From positions 310,001 to 374,000 of the forward strand of contig JAQGDQ010000093.1 of the NCBI GenBank assembly GCA_030141605.1: a stretch of 64,000 bases of DNA, read 5' to 3'. The stretch comes from Tubiluchus corallicola (Eukaryota; Animalia; Priapulida). Numbering within the stretch: the stretch's first letter is position 1; each line of letters begins with the position of its first letter. Below are positions 36,501 to 51,500 of this stretch, piece after piece. The notes under the pieces are model-generated. The model was not told where the DNA came from. It did not search any database and was given only the letters and a program-made list of their open reading frames with translations. The translations under genes and the position numbers were made by a program.

Positions 36501-39500
36501 TCTTTAGAATTGTGATAGTTTTTTTAAAAAATCTTATCACATTTCAGCAAAATGCAGAATGAAGTGAAGAAAGCCATTTTTAGGAAATACTGTGAATTGT
36601 TCGTATGTAGATAGTTGTGGCTGTTTGATTTTATGACCCGACCACAACTTAATAAGTTAGTTACACAAATCCATTAGAACTCATATAATGTGAGTCATAT
36701 TGAACATAGAAATAGAAATGTATTAAAATAGAAATTCCTCCTATTTTTTTAAACAAAATTACATTAATTGTACTGATAAATTCATTGTAAGTGCCACGCA
36801 GTGTCTTACGTGTAGGGGTGCACTGCTTGAACATACAGGTCTATCTTGCGTCATATTCATCTTATGTACAATGTGTGAGAACATGTTGTGGTTGTATGTC
36901 ATTGATAGAGGCTTAAGCGGAGTCAGTTGCTACTCCTACAGCTGACTCACACAGTAAATCAGCTAGCGCTGCTGAAGCTGAGTCAGTGGCTCTCCTACAC
37001 AGCTGACTCGCACAGTAAATCAGCTAGCTCTGCTGAAGCTGAGTCACTTGCGCTCCTACACAGCTGACTCACACAGTAAATCAGCTAGCTCTGCTGAAGC
37101 TGAGTCACTTGCGCTCCTACACAGCTGACTCACACAGTAAATCAGCTAGCTCTGCTGAAGCTGAGTAAGTTGCTCTCCTACACAGCTGACTCACACAGTA
37201 AATCAGCTAGCTCTGCTGAAGCTGAGTCAGTTGTGCTCCTGACACAGCTGACTCACGCAGTAAATCAGCTAGCTCTGCTGAAGCTGAGTTAGTTGCTACT
37301 CCTACAGCTGACTCACACAGTAAATCAGCTAGCTCTGCTGAAGCTGAGTCAGTTGCTCTCCTACACAGCTGACTCACACAGTAAATCAGCTAGCTCTGCT
37401 GAAGCTGAGTCAGTTGCTCTCCTACACAGCTGACTCACACAGTAAATCAGCTAGCTCTGCTGAAGCTGAGTCAGTTGCTCTACTACACAGCTGACTCACA
37501 CAGTAAATCAGCTAGCTCTGCTGAAGCTGAGTCACTTGCGCTCCTACACAGCTGACTCACACAGTAAATCAGCTAGCTCTGCTGAAGCTGAGTAAGTTGC
37601 TCTCCTACACAGCTGACTCACACAGTAAATCAGCTAGCTCTGCTGAAGCTGAGTCAGTTGCTCTCCTACACAGCTGACTCACACAGTAAATCAGCTAGCT
37701 CGGCTGAAGCCGAGTCAGTTGCTACTACATCAGCTTACTTAAAAACAATAAATCAGCTAGCTCAGCTGAGTTGGTTTAAAGAAAAAATCAGCTAAGTCAG
37801 CTAAAGCTCTGTAATATTTCACCTTTTATCCATTTTATTCTTTGTTTTAATAAATGAAATAAAGTTCTCCAGCTATATGTATATCGTCGTGTTTTTCTTT
37901 TGCAGTCCCGACTGGCAACCGAAGAAGAAATTTTACTTCATCACAGGTTGGTGCAATTTATCATTTGGGACCGTCATTTTTAGAATAGATACACTTTGTA
38001 AGCAAAACTTGATGAATAGCATCGAAATGTTTTGTTTGCTGTCTGCTAGAGATTATTGTGTTTATTTTTTAAGCTGTCACTCAACAACCTACAGAGATTG
38101 CACCTTATTATTATATGTACGTTTTCAAAAATACATTGGCATTCTGCCAGTGAATTTTTGCTAGTGGTAAAGTTGGACCAGTACTGTGTGAAAAACATGA
38201 TTTTGTGAAAGCACAATATTGTCAGCAACGAAAATGGGGAACATTTTATAGAGCACCCTGTAGGACAGCCAGTTTAGTTTATTTATCTTTTTCCAGATGC
38301 ATATAGTATACTATCTAATTACACACAGTTCATTATAATTGCATTGAGACGGGGTGGCGAAAGACCGTAATGGCCACCTAGCAGCCACCCCTATTTATAA
38401 AACATTACTATTGTATTTGGTTACGTTAGTAGTGATGTTAGCAGCTTGCAAGAGACTTACGTTTTACAGTTATCGTATTATGTAATAAAATCATGTTAGT
38501 AGTTAAAAATCAACATACTTGTTATTTTTTGTTAGTATCTCATATATCTATATGTGTACAATACGCGAATGATGATCTTATTGTTCAGTACAGCAAAAGG
38601 TCATAACATAGCAAAAGATGAGATCATGGCATTACTTGCATTCGTGTAAATATTTTTACCTTATCAACATACATTACTAATTCAGAATTTATATATTCGC
38701 GACCATTGTAATTAAATCAATTTTTAATATTTGTGAATAGTTATAAATACGTTTTATTTTCACTCGTCGTTACTTTTCGTTACTGCACAGTAGTTAGATT
38801 GCGCTGACATATTTGTCTTTAGCAGTGTAAGTTTTTAGAAACTAACACTGATTGATCATCTCTCTAAAGTTTTTATTCACTGATTATCAATGTATTTTAT
38901 AATATATAATATGTATAATTTGTTCTTATATATATATATATATATATATAGAGCAAAACTCACTAAATCTCAACAAAAAACAGAAAATGAACCTCGTCTG
39001 TTGTCCATTACAATCTTTGCTTGAATAAAAACAATACCACTCAAATTACAGTGATATTCATATTCTTACTTTGTAAATGTAAACACTTAAAGGACAAGAA
39101 AAGGGGTACCTGAAGTAGGTTTCAGAAAAATCGCCTTAAAAAATTATATTACTTTATAGCAATTTTATGCGTATATCGTACTTGCGTTAAAAGGATTTGT
39201 AGTTTGTTTTCATTTTAAATTTCCACGACACTGTTCCGACGGCGCCATTACTCATCTCTGTAAAGTTTTTATTCAGTGATTATCAATGTATTTTAATTGC
39301 AAATAAAGATTAAAGATATGTATATTAAACTAAGCCAAGCAATGCATGAGGCAAACTTGGAAATTGTATGATACCAGAGCACTGTATGAAAGTATATGTA
39401 TACATATCTTTAATCATCTTTATTTATATCACATATCATAAACGTTATATATATATATATATAACAGAAAATATATATATATACAAGTCTTCCTCCAATT

Positions 39501-42500
39501 CACTGCTTGATGTGTGAATGCTATAATTTTTCAAATCTTGCTACTTAGATTCAATATTGTGCAAAAATAAAGATCATTGCTTCATTTTTACAAGAAAAAG
39601 CAGTTTAGGATACTGAATCTTTTAGAAATTACATCTATGGATTATTTTTTCTTGGTATAGAAAGCATTTTCCCGTCATGATGATTTATATTTTCCTGTCT
39701 TGCAGTGGGGAACATTTGAACTATGTCAAAGAATCGGCAAATTTGTCTTCCCCCGAGAGCTTTCGGGAACACTCCAGGAAGTATGAATACGTGACTTTTT
39801 GTGAGGTTTGTTTCAGTTGTTAAATCAAATGTTCATTGATGCTTGTTGTACAATAAAGAGACTGAATGCTAGTGACAGTATATTTGCTGTCACGCTGCTG
39901 CTTCACGGATCAAGTTTAACTTACACCTTGGCGTAAATTAGTTAACACAGAATTATTGTATTGAAATGCTGCTGAAACAAGTGTTTTCTTGGCTATTACC
40001 TTCACTTCTATGCAGAGATTGTAATGTTGAAACATTCTGTGCTCGCTCCTGTGGTTTTGCTTGCTAGAAAAAGTCATTTCTAATTCATTAGTTTGTTCGC
40101 TTACAACTGTAATCGAGGTTTAAGACTAGGCAGCTAGTAAACAATAAGCACTTCCGTTTTTGTCTGATAAACAATAAACAAAGCCAAGCAATGCATGAGG
40201 CAACCTTGGAAATTTTATGATACCAGAGCACTGTATCATTTACTACATAGTCTTGTTGCTATGGGAACAGGCTGTTGGTAGAATAAAAAATCTCGCTTGA
40301 TAGAAATGGCAGCTAGTATAGTGGTCAGTCGGGAAGCAAAACGTGTATAATATGCCGTTTTAATGCTTCAAATTAAGTAAAAAAGTTGTTGTTAAAATGA
40401 AAATTGGCTTTCAGCAAAGTAAAAAAAATCGTTGTTAAAATTAATCGTGCGTTGTTATGCAAAAAAGGTGTCAAATGTTCAGCATCGTTAAAACGAAACA
40501 TCGCTAACAGGGAGTCGTTAAGCGAGAACTCCCTGTATATTGGTAACGAGTCAATTAAATCGTATTGAAAGTATTGTCGCATTGATGTTTTTATATACTC
40601 TTTTACAAACATGGTGATTGATATGTGACATGGTTTACCGTTCTAGATTGTTTTTTTTGTTAACAACTTAAGTTTTTTTTGGTAACAACTTAGGTTAAAC
40701 TATTCACATTTGGTTTGAATGCATTTTGTAAACTTAACAGAAGCAACTGATTAATGTCGGCCACCGTAAGTGAATTCACGCCTTCGCCAGACATTTTCTA
40801 ATTATCTTTAATTGTCGTGATCTTATCCATGAGTAAATGTACAATTGTATTTTTGGATTGAATAAATAATCTAATCTAGAATTTTCTTTACACTGATTTA
40901 GGATACGTATGCAGCAGCACGGTTGTCACTCGGATGCAGTCTGGAATTGACGGATCACGTGATGCGTGGCGAATTGCGGAATGGCATGGCTGTAGTCAGG
41001 TACATTAATTTAGCTTGTCAATACACTCATATCTCGGTTTGCCGGACCACTCTTTTATGGATATCGGAAAATTCATACAAAATCTGGTCCGTTAAAAGTC
41101 CTGCATAATACGGATACAGTCCATTATTTCCCGAGCTGACCACCAGTTGGCAGGCCGTCACTTTGTTTACATTACATACATCAGTGTAACATGAACACAT
41201 GCGCGGCGAGCCGAGTAGAGCCGAGCGTAACGGACCGCGCCCGAGAGTAGTCACACACAACATTTGAATTGTCTAACATCGCTAAGTGCTTTCTATGCTT
41301 ATTATTCTCAGCTTTTTCTGTGCAGGAACAATTATGTTTTTCTTTCAAAGTAATTCTACTATGTTTTTCTTATCAGTTATATCATATCTACCGTTTTAAT
41401 AAACATTTTTGCATTATTATATTTCGTTTTAGTAATACATTACAGTTCATTTGGTGCTTGAGAACGGATTATTTGCTTTTACATTGTTTCTTATGAGAAT
41501 AAATGATTCGGTACTCAACCAAATCGGTTTTCAAACACTTTTTAGGAACGAATTATGGTCGAAAACAGAGATACTACTGTACTTTGTTTTAAATGACAAA
41601 ATCAAATTGTGTTCTTTATTTTTGGAATATTGCAACCTAAATATTTGGAATATATGCCAACGGTAGGGCTCAATCCTCTAGTCGAAGCTGTTTCTGTTAA
41701 CTTCAACTATTTACTATTAACTCTGTTTTACACTATACAGTAATAGTAAATTGCATAGTTCAAATTTTTGCTTAACTCAAATTATGGTCCATTTAATCAA
41801 AATATATGTAATTTACTTCGCCCAACTCAAAACTACGCACAAAGTGAATTGCTGTACGTAAGACATTGGTAGCCCGCCTGTCATATTGTTTAACAGTGAC
41901 GTGTTCTTTTGTAACATAAAAAATTGTGTTTCACTACATAATTTGTTATTCTTTATGTAATTGTCATCAAATCTCGTCATTTATGTGTGGAAGGGTTAAC
42001 TTACTGCCTTCTATTTAGCTCGCCGTCTGGAGGAGGGGTTTAGAAAAAATGCTGGAAAATGGTCAACATCGCCTAACTCAAAAGTTTTTTTCGGTCCGGT
42101 TGGATTTGAGTTATGGGGAGTTTACTGTACTATTACAACTAAACCACAATATACTAGACCAGGACAACAACCTTTATATTATTCATCTGGTAAATCAGTG
42201 GTTTGACAGTTCACTTCGCTCTGTCCACCCTATATGAATGCAGCAAATACGACAAATCGGCGAGAATTTTTAAGATTAATGATGAAATTTAGATGCATGT
42301 CGGAACAGAGTTGAGTACAAGGTTTGTAAAGTAGGTCTAAGTTACGCTAAAGTAGAGCAATGTAGAATAAATCTAGTACGGCAAATCCTCGCTTAACAAC
42401 TCCCCATTTAGCAAAATTTCCTTTTTAATGACGCTGAACTTTTGACGCCTTTTTTCGCCTTTTGACATCTTGACAACGCATGTTTCAATTTAACGACAAT

Positions 42501-45500
42501 TTTTTTACTTTCCTGAAAGCCATTTTCATTTTATCATCAACTTCTTTGCCTAATTTGAAGTATAAAAACAATACACATTGCGTTATTTTGTTCTACAAGC
42601 GACTAACTGGTAATGTAAAACAGTATAAATATTATGTTTTTGCTTCCTGACTGACTACTAAATGTCAGCCACTAGCTTGTATTTGTGATTTATATGCCAC
42701 CAGACACAAAACTTTCTGCAAAGGAATTTTCCCTGCAATCTATTGCTATAGCAACCAGTATCTAGATAAATTGTCCCATGGTCGTCCCAGGGCTTGGCTT
42801 TTAATACGTAGTGTTTTAACATCTGTCTACGGACGGCTTCAACATTAATGAAAGAGAAACTAGATATTGGTAAGAAAGACAGGTTGTTTCAAGTAAACAG
42901 GAAGAGATTATTCAGTAGAAATATTAGTAAAACTCATAAAACATTTAATTTATATGAATTAAGCAGTATCAATTTTTTTTTCTTTGGAACGTATCTCAAT
43001 TCTTTTTCTTTCTTTGGAAATTTGACTTCGTTTAACGATGTTTCGCTTAACATCGCATTTTGCTGGAACGCATTAGCGTTGTTAAGCGAGGACGTACTGT
43101 AAGTTGTAATGAGTAACAGGTACAGTGGAGTACTGTTGTTATTATGAGGTAATTTATTGCATAGCATTGTTGTTTTGTTTTTAGGCCACCAGGACATCAT
43201 GCTACGGAAGATGAAGGTTGCGGCTATTGCTTTTTTAATAATGTTGTGATATGTGCCAAACATGCCCTGTCTCGACAGTACGAACGGTAATGAATGAGTT
43301 TGCCAAACACTATAATTAAACAATGTTTTAATTGGATTAGATTAGCAGTAAAAAAAATTTAAAGTGTCTATGTGGAATTCTGAAGTCATAAAATGGAGTT
43401 TTTTTTTACTGGTTACAGTTTAGTGCTTAATGTATGCTTAGTTTAGCAATAGATGGTGCTGTTGTGTTGTACATCAGTTACTTTGTGCTCCTGTTGTAGT
43501 GAAACTTAAATCTTACCCAAATTATTGTTTTTCAGAGTTCTGATCATAGACTGGGACGTTCATCATGGGCAGGGCACACAGTATGCTTTTTACGACGACC
43601 CAAGGTATGCTCCAGTTTTGTAAACAAAATTTTTATGATAAATGTATTATGCACAACTTATTATAGGGTTATTAATGAGTAATTTGTAAGCAGTTACAGT
43701 TGTATGCTTAAGCCTGATCCTGGCTAATGTGTGACACTAACGGAATTCGGGTTTTAGGTCTGTGCTGTGAAGGTTTTAGCTCTGTGCTATGAAGGTTTTG
43801 TCTCTGTGTTGTGAAGGTTTTAGCTCTGTGCTATGAAGGTTTTGTCTCTGTGTTGTGAAGGTTTTAGGTCTGTGTTGTGAAGGTTATAGCTCTGTGCTGT
43901 AAAGGTTTTAGTTGTGTGCTGTGAAGGTTTTAGTTGTGTTCTGTGAATGTTTTAGTTTTGTGCTGTGAAGGTTTTAGGTCTGTGCTGTGAAGGTTTTAAC
44001 TCTCTGCTGTGAAGGTTTTAGCTCTGTACTGTGAATTTTTAGCTGTGTGTTGTGAATGTTTTAGCTCTGTACTGTGAATTTTTAGCTGTGTGCTGTGAAT
44101 GTTTTAGCTTTGTACTGTGAAGGTTTTAGTTGTGTGCTGTGAATGTTTTAGCTGTGTGCTGTGAAGGTTTTAAAGCTGTACTGTGCATTTTTAGCTGTGT
44201 TCTGTGAAGCTTTTAGTTGTATGCTGTGAAGGTTTTAGTTGTAATTTTTAGTATTTTTCGAACATTTTCTTGATAATTTGATGTTAAAATATAAAAGTCC
44301 AATATGTTTAGCATTGGTTTTTATAAAAATAAAAAATTAACGTTTGACCAAATTTTTGGTGCATTCTTCTTTGGAGCATCATAACATAGTTTTAATTATA
44401 CTGACTTTAATATTGACTTTATATTTAATTAAGTTGAACTGACTTATGGACGATTTTGGTTTGCAAGCACACGTAGTAAAAGTTAACAATTTTTGTCTTA
44501 CTGTTATGAATAATGCTTTGTTTTTTGACGTTAAAATTGGCATGAATTCTAAAAGTAATAAACCATTTGCATTTACTTTCATTGTAGAGCATTTGCTCAA
44601 GGTCACAGTAATTTTAACATGATCACACATTCAGCTTTTTAGCCTGAAACAGAATTTGACGTTTTTAGCTGAGTAAAACCTCGCGAAGCTTCATTATGAT
44701 TTTTTTACTGCAAATTTGATTACATAGGGTGTTATGTATTTCGATACACCGATACGAAGACGGTAGGTTTTGGCCTAACCTGCGGCAGTCCAACTATGAT
44801 TACATCGGCGACGGAGCTGGCATCGGCTACAATGTTAACGTTCCTTTAAATCAGGTAGAGTGGATGAAAGTATGTTAGGCATACTGTAAGCTTCACTTCC
44901 CTGCAGAATGAAGTTAGAAATTCTTTTTATGGAAACTATTTAGTCTTAGGTTTAAAGGAAAAGACAAGATATTTACCATGTTGATTTATTTTACTGTTAA
45001 CACTTAAACATAGAAAAATATAACAAAGAAATTTGCAAGAACCAGTCTACCACGCATAAAGTTCATTTATACTACCACTGTATATAAATGTTCAGGTGTG
45101 GTGGTAGCCGCCATTCACTTGAAAATTATGACGTAATTGGGACACTTCGTGAATTTTCGTGAGCACAGTATGGTTTTCTGTAAGCGCGTGCGGCTTAAGT
45201 CAATTCAAACTCCTGTAGCTTACCTAATGTTTATGCAAAAATATCAAAAAATAAGCTAACTTATTCTTTGCAAAAACTTTTTACGGAAATTGACAGTACG
45301 CTGCTTTTCTTCAATCGATGAACGATGTCATTGATGGAAGAATGGGCATTTAAAATTTGAGCACCCAAGCATGAAATCATTGCGAGCTTAAAGTGATTTT
45401 ACTAATTACACGAGATGCTTATCACACTTTTGTTACTAAATCTTTCTAACATTTTTCGTGAACATTGAAAGGAGCCTAGCTTCCCTGAAGGCTTTGACCT

Positions 45501-48500
45501 TTCTTTTAAGGTCTCAAGTATAAACCTGAGACCTTAAATAATATTATAGATACAAAATGTATAAATATATCTTATAGTTTAATTTCTTCATTGGAAACCG
45601 ATTATGACTAGTAAAAATACTAGGGGTGAGCATTCTTTACCAGAAATCGAATCGAATTTCTGACTTTCCAATTTTTATCGAACCGAACTTCAGTATTTCG
45701 AATTTGAATCCACCGGTAAGAATTAGTCTTAGAAACAACATCATGCATAGGCCCTATTACTGAATTTTGTCCCGCAGTAAAACTACTAATAATTTCTTTA
45801 AAAATTGTGCACAAAAGTCGCTACTAAATTGTGCTAATTGCGTGATGTTTAAAACGTTTTAATGACAAAAGAACGTGGTTGAAGTCCTGAATTATTCGAA
45901 TCTATAATTTAAGGTTCGAGTCGAATTGAATTTGAACGTTTGATGCTCACCCTTAAAAAATAGAAAGTCCCACTAATTAAGGCAAGATGCAACTCTCAAA
46001 AAGCATATATTCACATGAATTTACAAAGACCGTTGCTGTAGCTAGCAATTACCATCAAGTAATGTTACTCCAAAGGGTACAGCATTGACTCGACCATAGA
46101 TATGACGTTACTTACACATGCAATGGATATGTTAGTGTTAGTAATACATAGCTATGGTCGACTTTCTTATGTATCTATGGTTGACTCTCTTATGTATCTG
46201 TGGTTACTTCTCTTACGCATCCGTGGTTGATTCTCTTACAGTTAACGTGCAGCAATAACAATATATAGTTGCCAAACTATTGATTAAATGTAATAATGAC
46301 AACTCGTTTGACATAGAAGAAAGATTTTCTGTGATAGTTTTCCACCTTAAAATGATTCATACGTAAGTAGGAGGCCCTAAGTTCAAATCCTAACCGAAGA
46401 GAAGTTTTTCGTCGCTTTCTTTACATGCTAATATGAGGTAGTTTTTCCTTTTTATTGTGGAAAAGACATGATAACATTTAAATCTACACCTCATATGTAG
46501 TTAATTGACCAATTACGTTTGTAAATGTTTTCTTTGTGAAATTGAAAAGTAACTGGGTCTTTTAGCTACATTTAGAAAAAACAAAGAGAAATCTTTCCAT
46601 ATGTTTGTCTCCGATCAACTTTGGTTGTGCTTTACTGAGACCAGGGTTCCTACAGTCTGGGAAAATCCTTGAAAATACGGGCTATTTTGGAAAGTCATGG
46701 AAAAGTCAGTGAAAAAAGATAATTTGGTAAAAAGTCAGGGAAAATGACGAAAATTGTGCGAAAAGTCAGTGAAGTTGGAAAGAGTTGCAAAGATAATCAT
46801 CGTGAACCGATGTTTTTCCAAGCATATTTTTCAGCGATTCGTGTTCAAATAAAACTTTTTCTATGGCAGGCTCCCAGTTTCAATTTCTGTTTTAAAAATA
46901 ATGATTGGATTAAGAAAGTTTATTTAATGTGATTAGTGTAATTTCATTAGCACTACTGCAACAAGTGCCGATACATTATATATTAGTACAGTGGCCGCCG
47001 CTTATTATGGACACGGTTATTGTGGACAGCCGGTTATTGTGGACAACTCGCGAGGGACGGAATTTTCCCCTAATAAAATCCGCCGGTTAATATGGACAAC
47101 CGCCGCTTTATATGGACAGCGAACATTCTTGGCACGTGAACCAGCCGTGCCAACCACGGCCTGCGCGCGTGATTGAAAAGAGCTTCCCGCTCTGCAGCCT
47201 GTGTGAGTCATTGCATCAGTCAGTTCGCCGTTTGCCGTGGCCTTGAGAGCTTCGAAACTGTGATAACTTCCTTCCGTTCAAGGTTGAGAGAAAAGTTTCC
47301 TGCCAAACAAACTCGTCTGACTTCTTTTTTTCAATAAAACAGGAGACGAGTTGATACAGACAGTTTTTTGCCTTTTTTAATGAAGGGGAAGGGTCTTCAA
47401 GGGTCACTTCGCTTAATATGGACAGCCGCTTAATATGGACATACACTGCTGGCCCGAGGTGTCCACAATAAGCGGCGGCCACTGTATATGTATGAATGTC
47501 CATACACAAAAATGTTTGAATACGTATACTGATAATGCAATATCTTGTTCGTGGAAAATCAATATTTGGTCAGAGAATAGTCATGGAAAGGTCATGGAAA
47601 TTATTTTAAGATTCTGTGGGAACCCTGTGAGACACTATTTGGCAGTTAATATACTTTTTGCTTAAAATTTTTAGGTTAGGCTCGGGGACTCGGAATACAT
47701 CACAATTTTCAGCAGCCTGATTCTACCAATCGCATATGAGGTGAGCACAAGACTTGCACTTGATATGTCAGGTGTCATGGCGTGGTTGCGATGTCTGGCT
47801 TGTCGGTGATGTTTTGCGTCAAGACAATGACAGTGGCATGTCTTCAAGATGGGTTTTTCAAACTCGAGACGAGGCAAAAAGTTGTATTAGTCGCTTCAAT
47901 CGAGTCCAGAACGAGAAACCGACCAAAAAAATGCAACTTTGTTTAACAAAGTCATTAAATTTCAAATAAAATGTAATTTTGTAATTGCATAAACCGAGGC
48001 GTCCCCATTCTGTGCACTCAAATGGCGTGAAATATTTAGCAATTTTACAAACAACGACAAAATTAGTAATTAAATCGTGTTAGCATGACGATTTTATGGT
48101 AATTCGGTTAAAAGAATTGCGAGTTTTAAAGTTTACTTTACATCCCAAAGAACTTGCCATACAAAGTTATATTACATAGCATTACGCTTACCTGTAATTA
48201 GAAGAGAACATTCTTAGTAATTTTAAGTGTTCGCACCAGCTGACAAAATGGTGCATCACCATCCCACTGTGCACCACTGATTCACTAAAAAACTAAAGGC
48301 ATTCTTGATCTTATTGACAACGTAAAGTAATTTAAACTTTTGCTTAACAAGCGAAGTGTACGTTATCAATGATCTGTTTATTTTTCAACTTGTTTTGGTT
48401 GACTTACCTTAAAATGGCTGCGCCTAATGGTCATCGCAGGAGTTTAAATCTACAAGTTTTATACGGCGTTACTGCGAATGCTAGCCCTGTGTGCAATAAG

Positions 48501-51500
48501 ACAGCATATAAGTGATATAGTATTTCAAAGCAGTTATTTCAAGCTTTTTTGTGAAGAGCGTTTTCTTGGGCTTTTAATTAAACAACTTTCATAGTTGTGA
48601 CCATTTCTCATTTCACGACCAATATATTTTTGTCCATCGACACGAGACGAATGCTAACGAGCCACGCAAGACAAGATGCAGTTATTGCAGACTCCAATCT
48701 GATAGCATGGTAGGCGTTCAGAGAAATATCTGCCAAAGTCCTCCCATGGACTTCAAATTTTATAATTTTATGCGACTACTGGGTGGGCACATAGGTACGA
48801 AGTTGAACAGAACTAGGCACTGTATTTATCCGCCGTGCTGGCCCAGCTACATCTTTCTACACCAGAGGGAGTTTGTAAACACTTGTGACCTACTAACATG
48901 TTTCGTGAACATTGAAGTAAGCCTAGCTTCCCTGTAGACTTTGACCTTTCCTTTAAGGTCTCGATAATAAACTGTTGAGCTGGTATCATATTACAGATAC
49001 AATACAGATATAAATACATCTTTACAAGACAACATTTAGTTTCTTCATTAGAAAATAAAACTAGTAAAAATAAAAACTGCCACTAATTAAGGCAAGATAC
49101 AACTCTGAAAAGGCCTATAGTCACATGAATTTACAAAACCTGTTGCCATAGCTACCATCGAACAGTTACCATCGAAGTAATGTTACTCCAAGTGGTACAG
49201 CATTGACTCGACCGTGGATATATAATTACTTACACATGCAATGGAAACGTTAGTAATACGTATCTATGGTTGACTCTCTTACAGTTAGCATGCAGCAATG
49301 ACAACAGTTGCCAAACTATTTATTAAATATAATAATGGCAACTGACTGATGTAGAAGAAAAATTTTCAGAGAGAGATTTTCAGAGAATAAAGAACTGCAC
49401 CAGCAACATCTTTCTACACCAGAGGGAAGTTGTAAACACTTGTGACCTTCATTAAGATACTTTTACCTGCCAGTTCACTGTCAAGGTAAATCAGTGGATG
49501 ATATGGATTAATTAAAAAGCAACTGTTTTCAAACTGCACAGTAAAGTTTGTTTAAAGTGCACAAAATCATTCTTCGTAAATACAGCTAAAAATTACTGAT
49601 TAAGTTTTATATCACTTTATGTGCTGTATTATTGCATACAGAGCTCGCGTTAGCAGTAATGCTGTATAAAACTTGTACATTAAAACTTCTGCGATGACCG
49701 TTAGGTGCAGCCATTTTGATGGTAGGTCATTTGAAACAAGTTTAGATAACATTGAGTAAAGTTTGAAAAAATAATCAGAGCATTTATAGCATACTCTTTG
49801 CTAACCAATGAAAAGTATGAATTACTGCGTCTTGTTAACAAAATTGAAAATACGTTTTTTTGGTGAATCACTGGTGTACACTGGGATGGAGACGCAGTGA
49901 TGTTTTACCAGTTGGCACTGGCATTTTAAATTGTCTTTCTAAGAATTTTCTTTTCCAATGACGTAAGTCTTTCAATCAGGTAAGCATAATTCAATGTACT
50001 ATATCTTTGCGTGGAAAGTTCTTGGGTGTTACTTTAAAATTCTCTTTAAGTCTGATATACACTTATATCTCGGTCTGCCGGTATTGGTCTCACTTTTACA
50101 GGTATTGGAAAATTTGGATAAAGTCTGGTCTGTAGAAAGTCTCGCATACTACTGACACAGTCCATTATTTCGCGAGCTGACCGTTAGTTGACGGGTCATC
50201 ACTTTGTTTACATCCTAACAGTGTGTAGGTTGTATGTTATCGTGTTTAGTTGTGTAATCAGCATGTGTAAATGTCAATTACGCGGAGTTATTTAGGTCAA
50301 TTGCAGACAGTTTTTAGATAATTTTGCATAGGAGCGGCCTGTCTTAGATGTTTTTGAGACAATTAGGCGATTGATTCTACATTACCATGAGTCTAATACA
50401 CGGTGCTTTCTGTATTAGCTTAGTATCGATAAATACTCGGCAAATTCGGCAAATTCGGACTGATGTCACCCCGCTTTTGTCCGGCAAATTGAAATATGTG
50501 TGTATGCTGCACTTCTTTCTATAGAACAGTGTCTAATTAGTAATCTATTTAGTTATGTCTGTGCTCAGACGGTAACAGAAAAGTCATAGGTCTTATAACA
50601 CCTATTTTGAATGGTGTGGTCCTGAAGGAGTCGTTGTGCATTGTCACTGTGACACCAAAACTACGTATACTCATATCACGGTTTGCGGGACGTTGCTTTT
50701 ACAGGTATAGGAAAATTTGGACAAAATCTCTACCGTTAAAAGTTTCGCATTCTAACGGACACAGTCTGCTGTTTTGCAAGCTGATCACTAGTTGGCGGGA
50801 CGTCACTCAGTTTTCATCATTACATCAGTGCAACCAAGCCGTATGTGACTGCTAAAAGTCCTGCACACAACGGACACAGTCCGTTGTTTTGCAAAGCTGA
50901 CCATTATTATGGACATAGTCCATTGTTTTGCAAACTGACCATCATTATGGATACAGTCCGCTGTTGCGCGAGCTGATCGCTAGTAGGCGGGACCTCACTT
51001 TGTTTACATCATTACAACCAAGCAGCGTGCAAAGACACGTGTGTAGCTTGTATGTCAGGAGCGGCTCGTACTAGACATTTTTGAGACAATTAGGCGATCG
51101 ATTTTCCATTACCATAAGTCTAATACACGGCACCTACTATATTAATTTAGTATCGGGAAATACAGACAGTCAGCAAATTCGTACCAACGTCTTCTCGTTT
51201 TTGTCTGGCAAATCGAGATATGAGTTTCTTCCTGAAATAGTAAGAAGATCTCTTGCTGTAATTAACATTGTTTATTTATTTTTTGTTTGCAACTCTTGTT
51301 TTTCAGTTTAGTCCTGACCTCGTGTTGGTGTCTGCAGGCTACGATGCTGCCATCGGGTGTCCAGAGGTAAAATCAAGTTTGTTTATTTTTTAAGGTTACA
51401 TTTGCTGCTTTCAAATTTAACACTCACACAGGCCTAGCTAAGTGTTTTAGAAGATTTTTTTACAAGTTTTGGTTTCCTAATTGTGCTTTGCGTAATTCTT

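Noticed and set aside
36916-37771. CRISPR array (palindromic repeats, ~61-bp period)
   Set aside because: No unique spacers, no cas genes, and it lies in a eukaryotic intron.
46365-46400. tRNA (GTTCAAATCC)
   Set aside because: Isolated B-box only; at most a SINE remnant.
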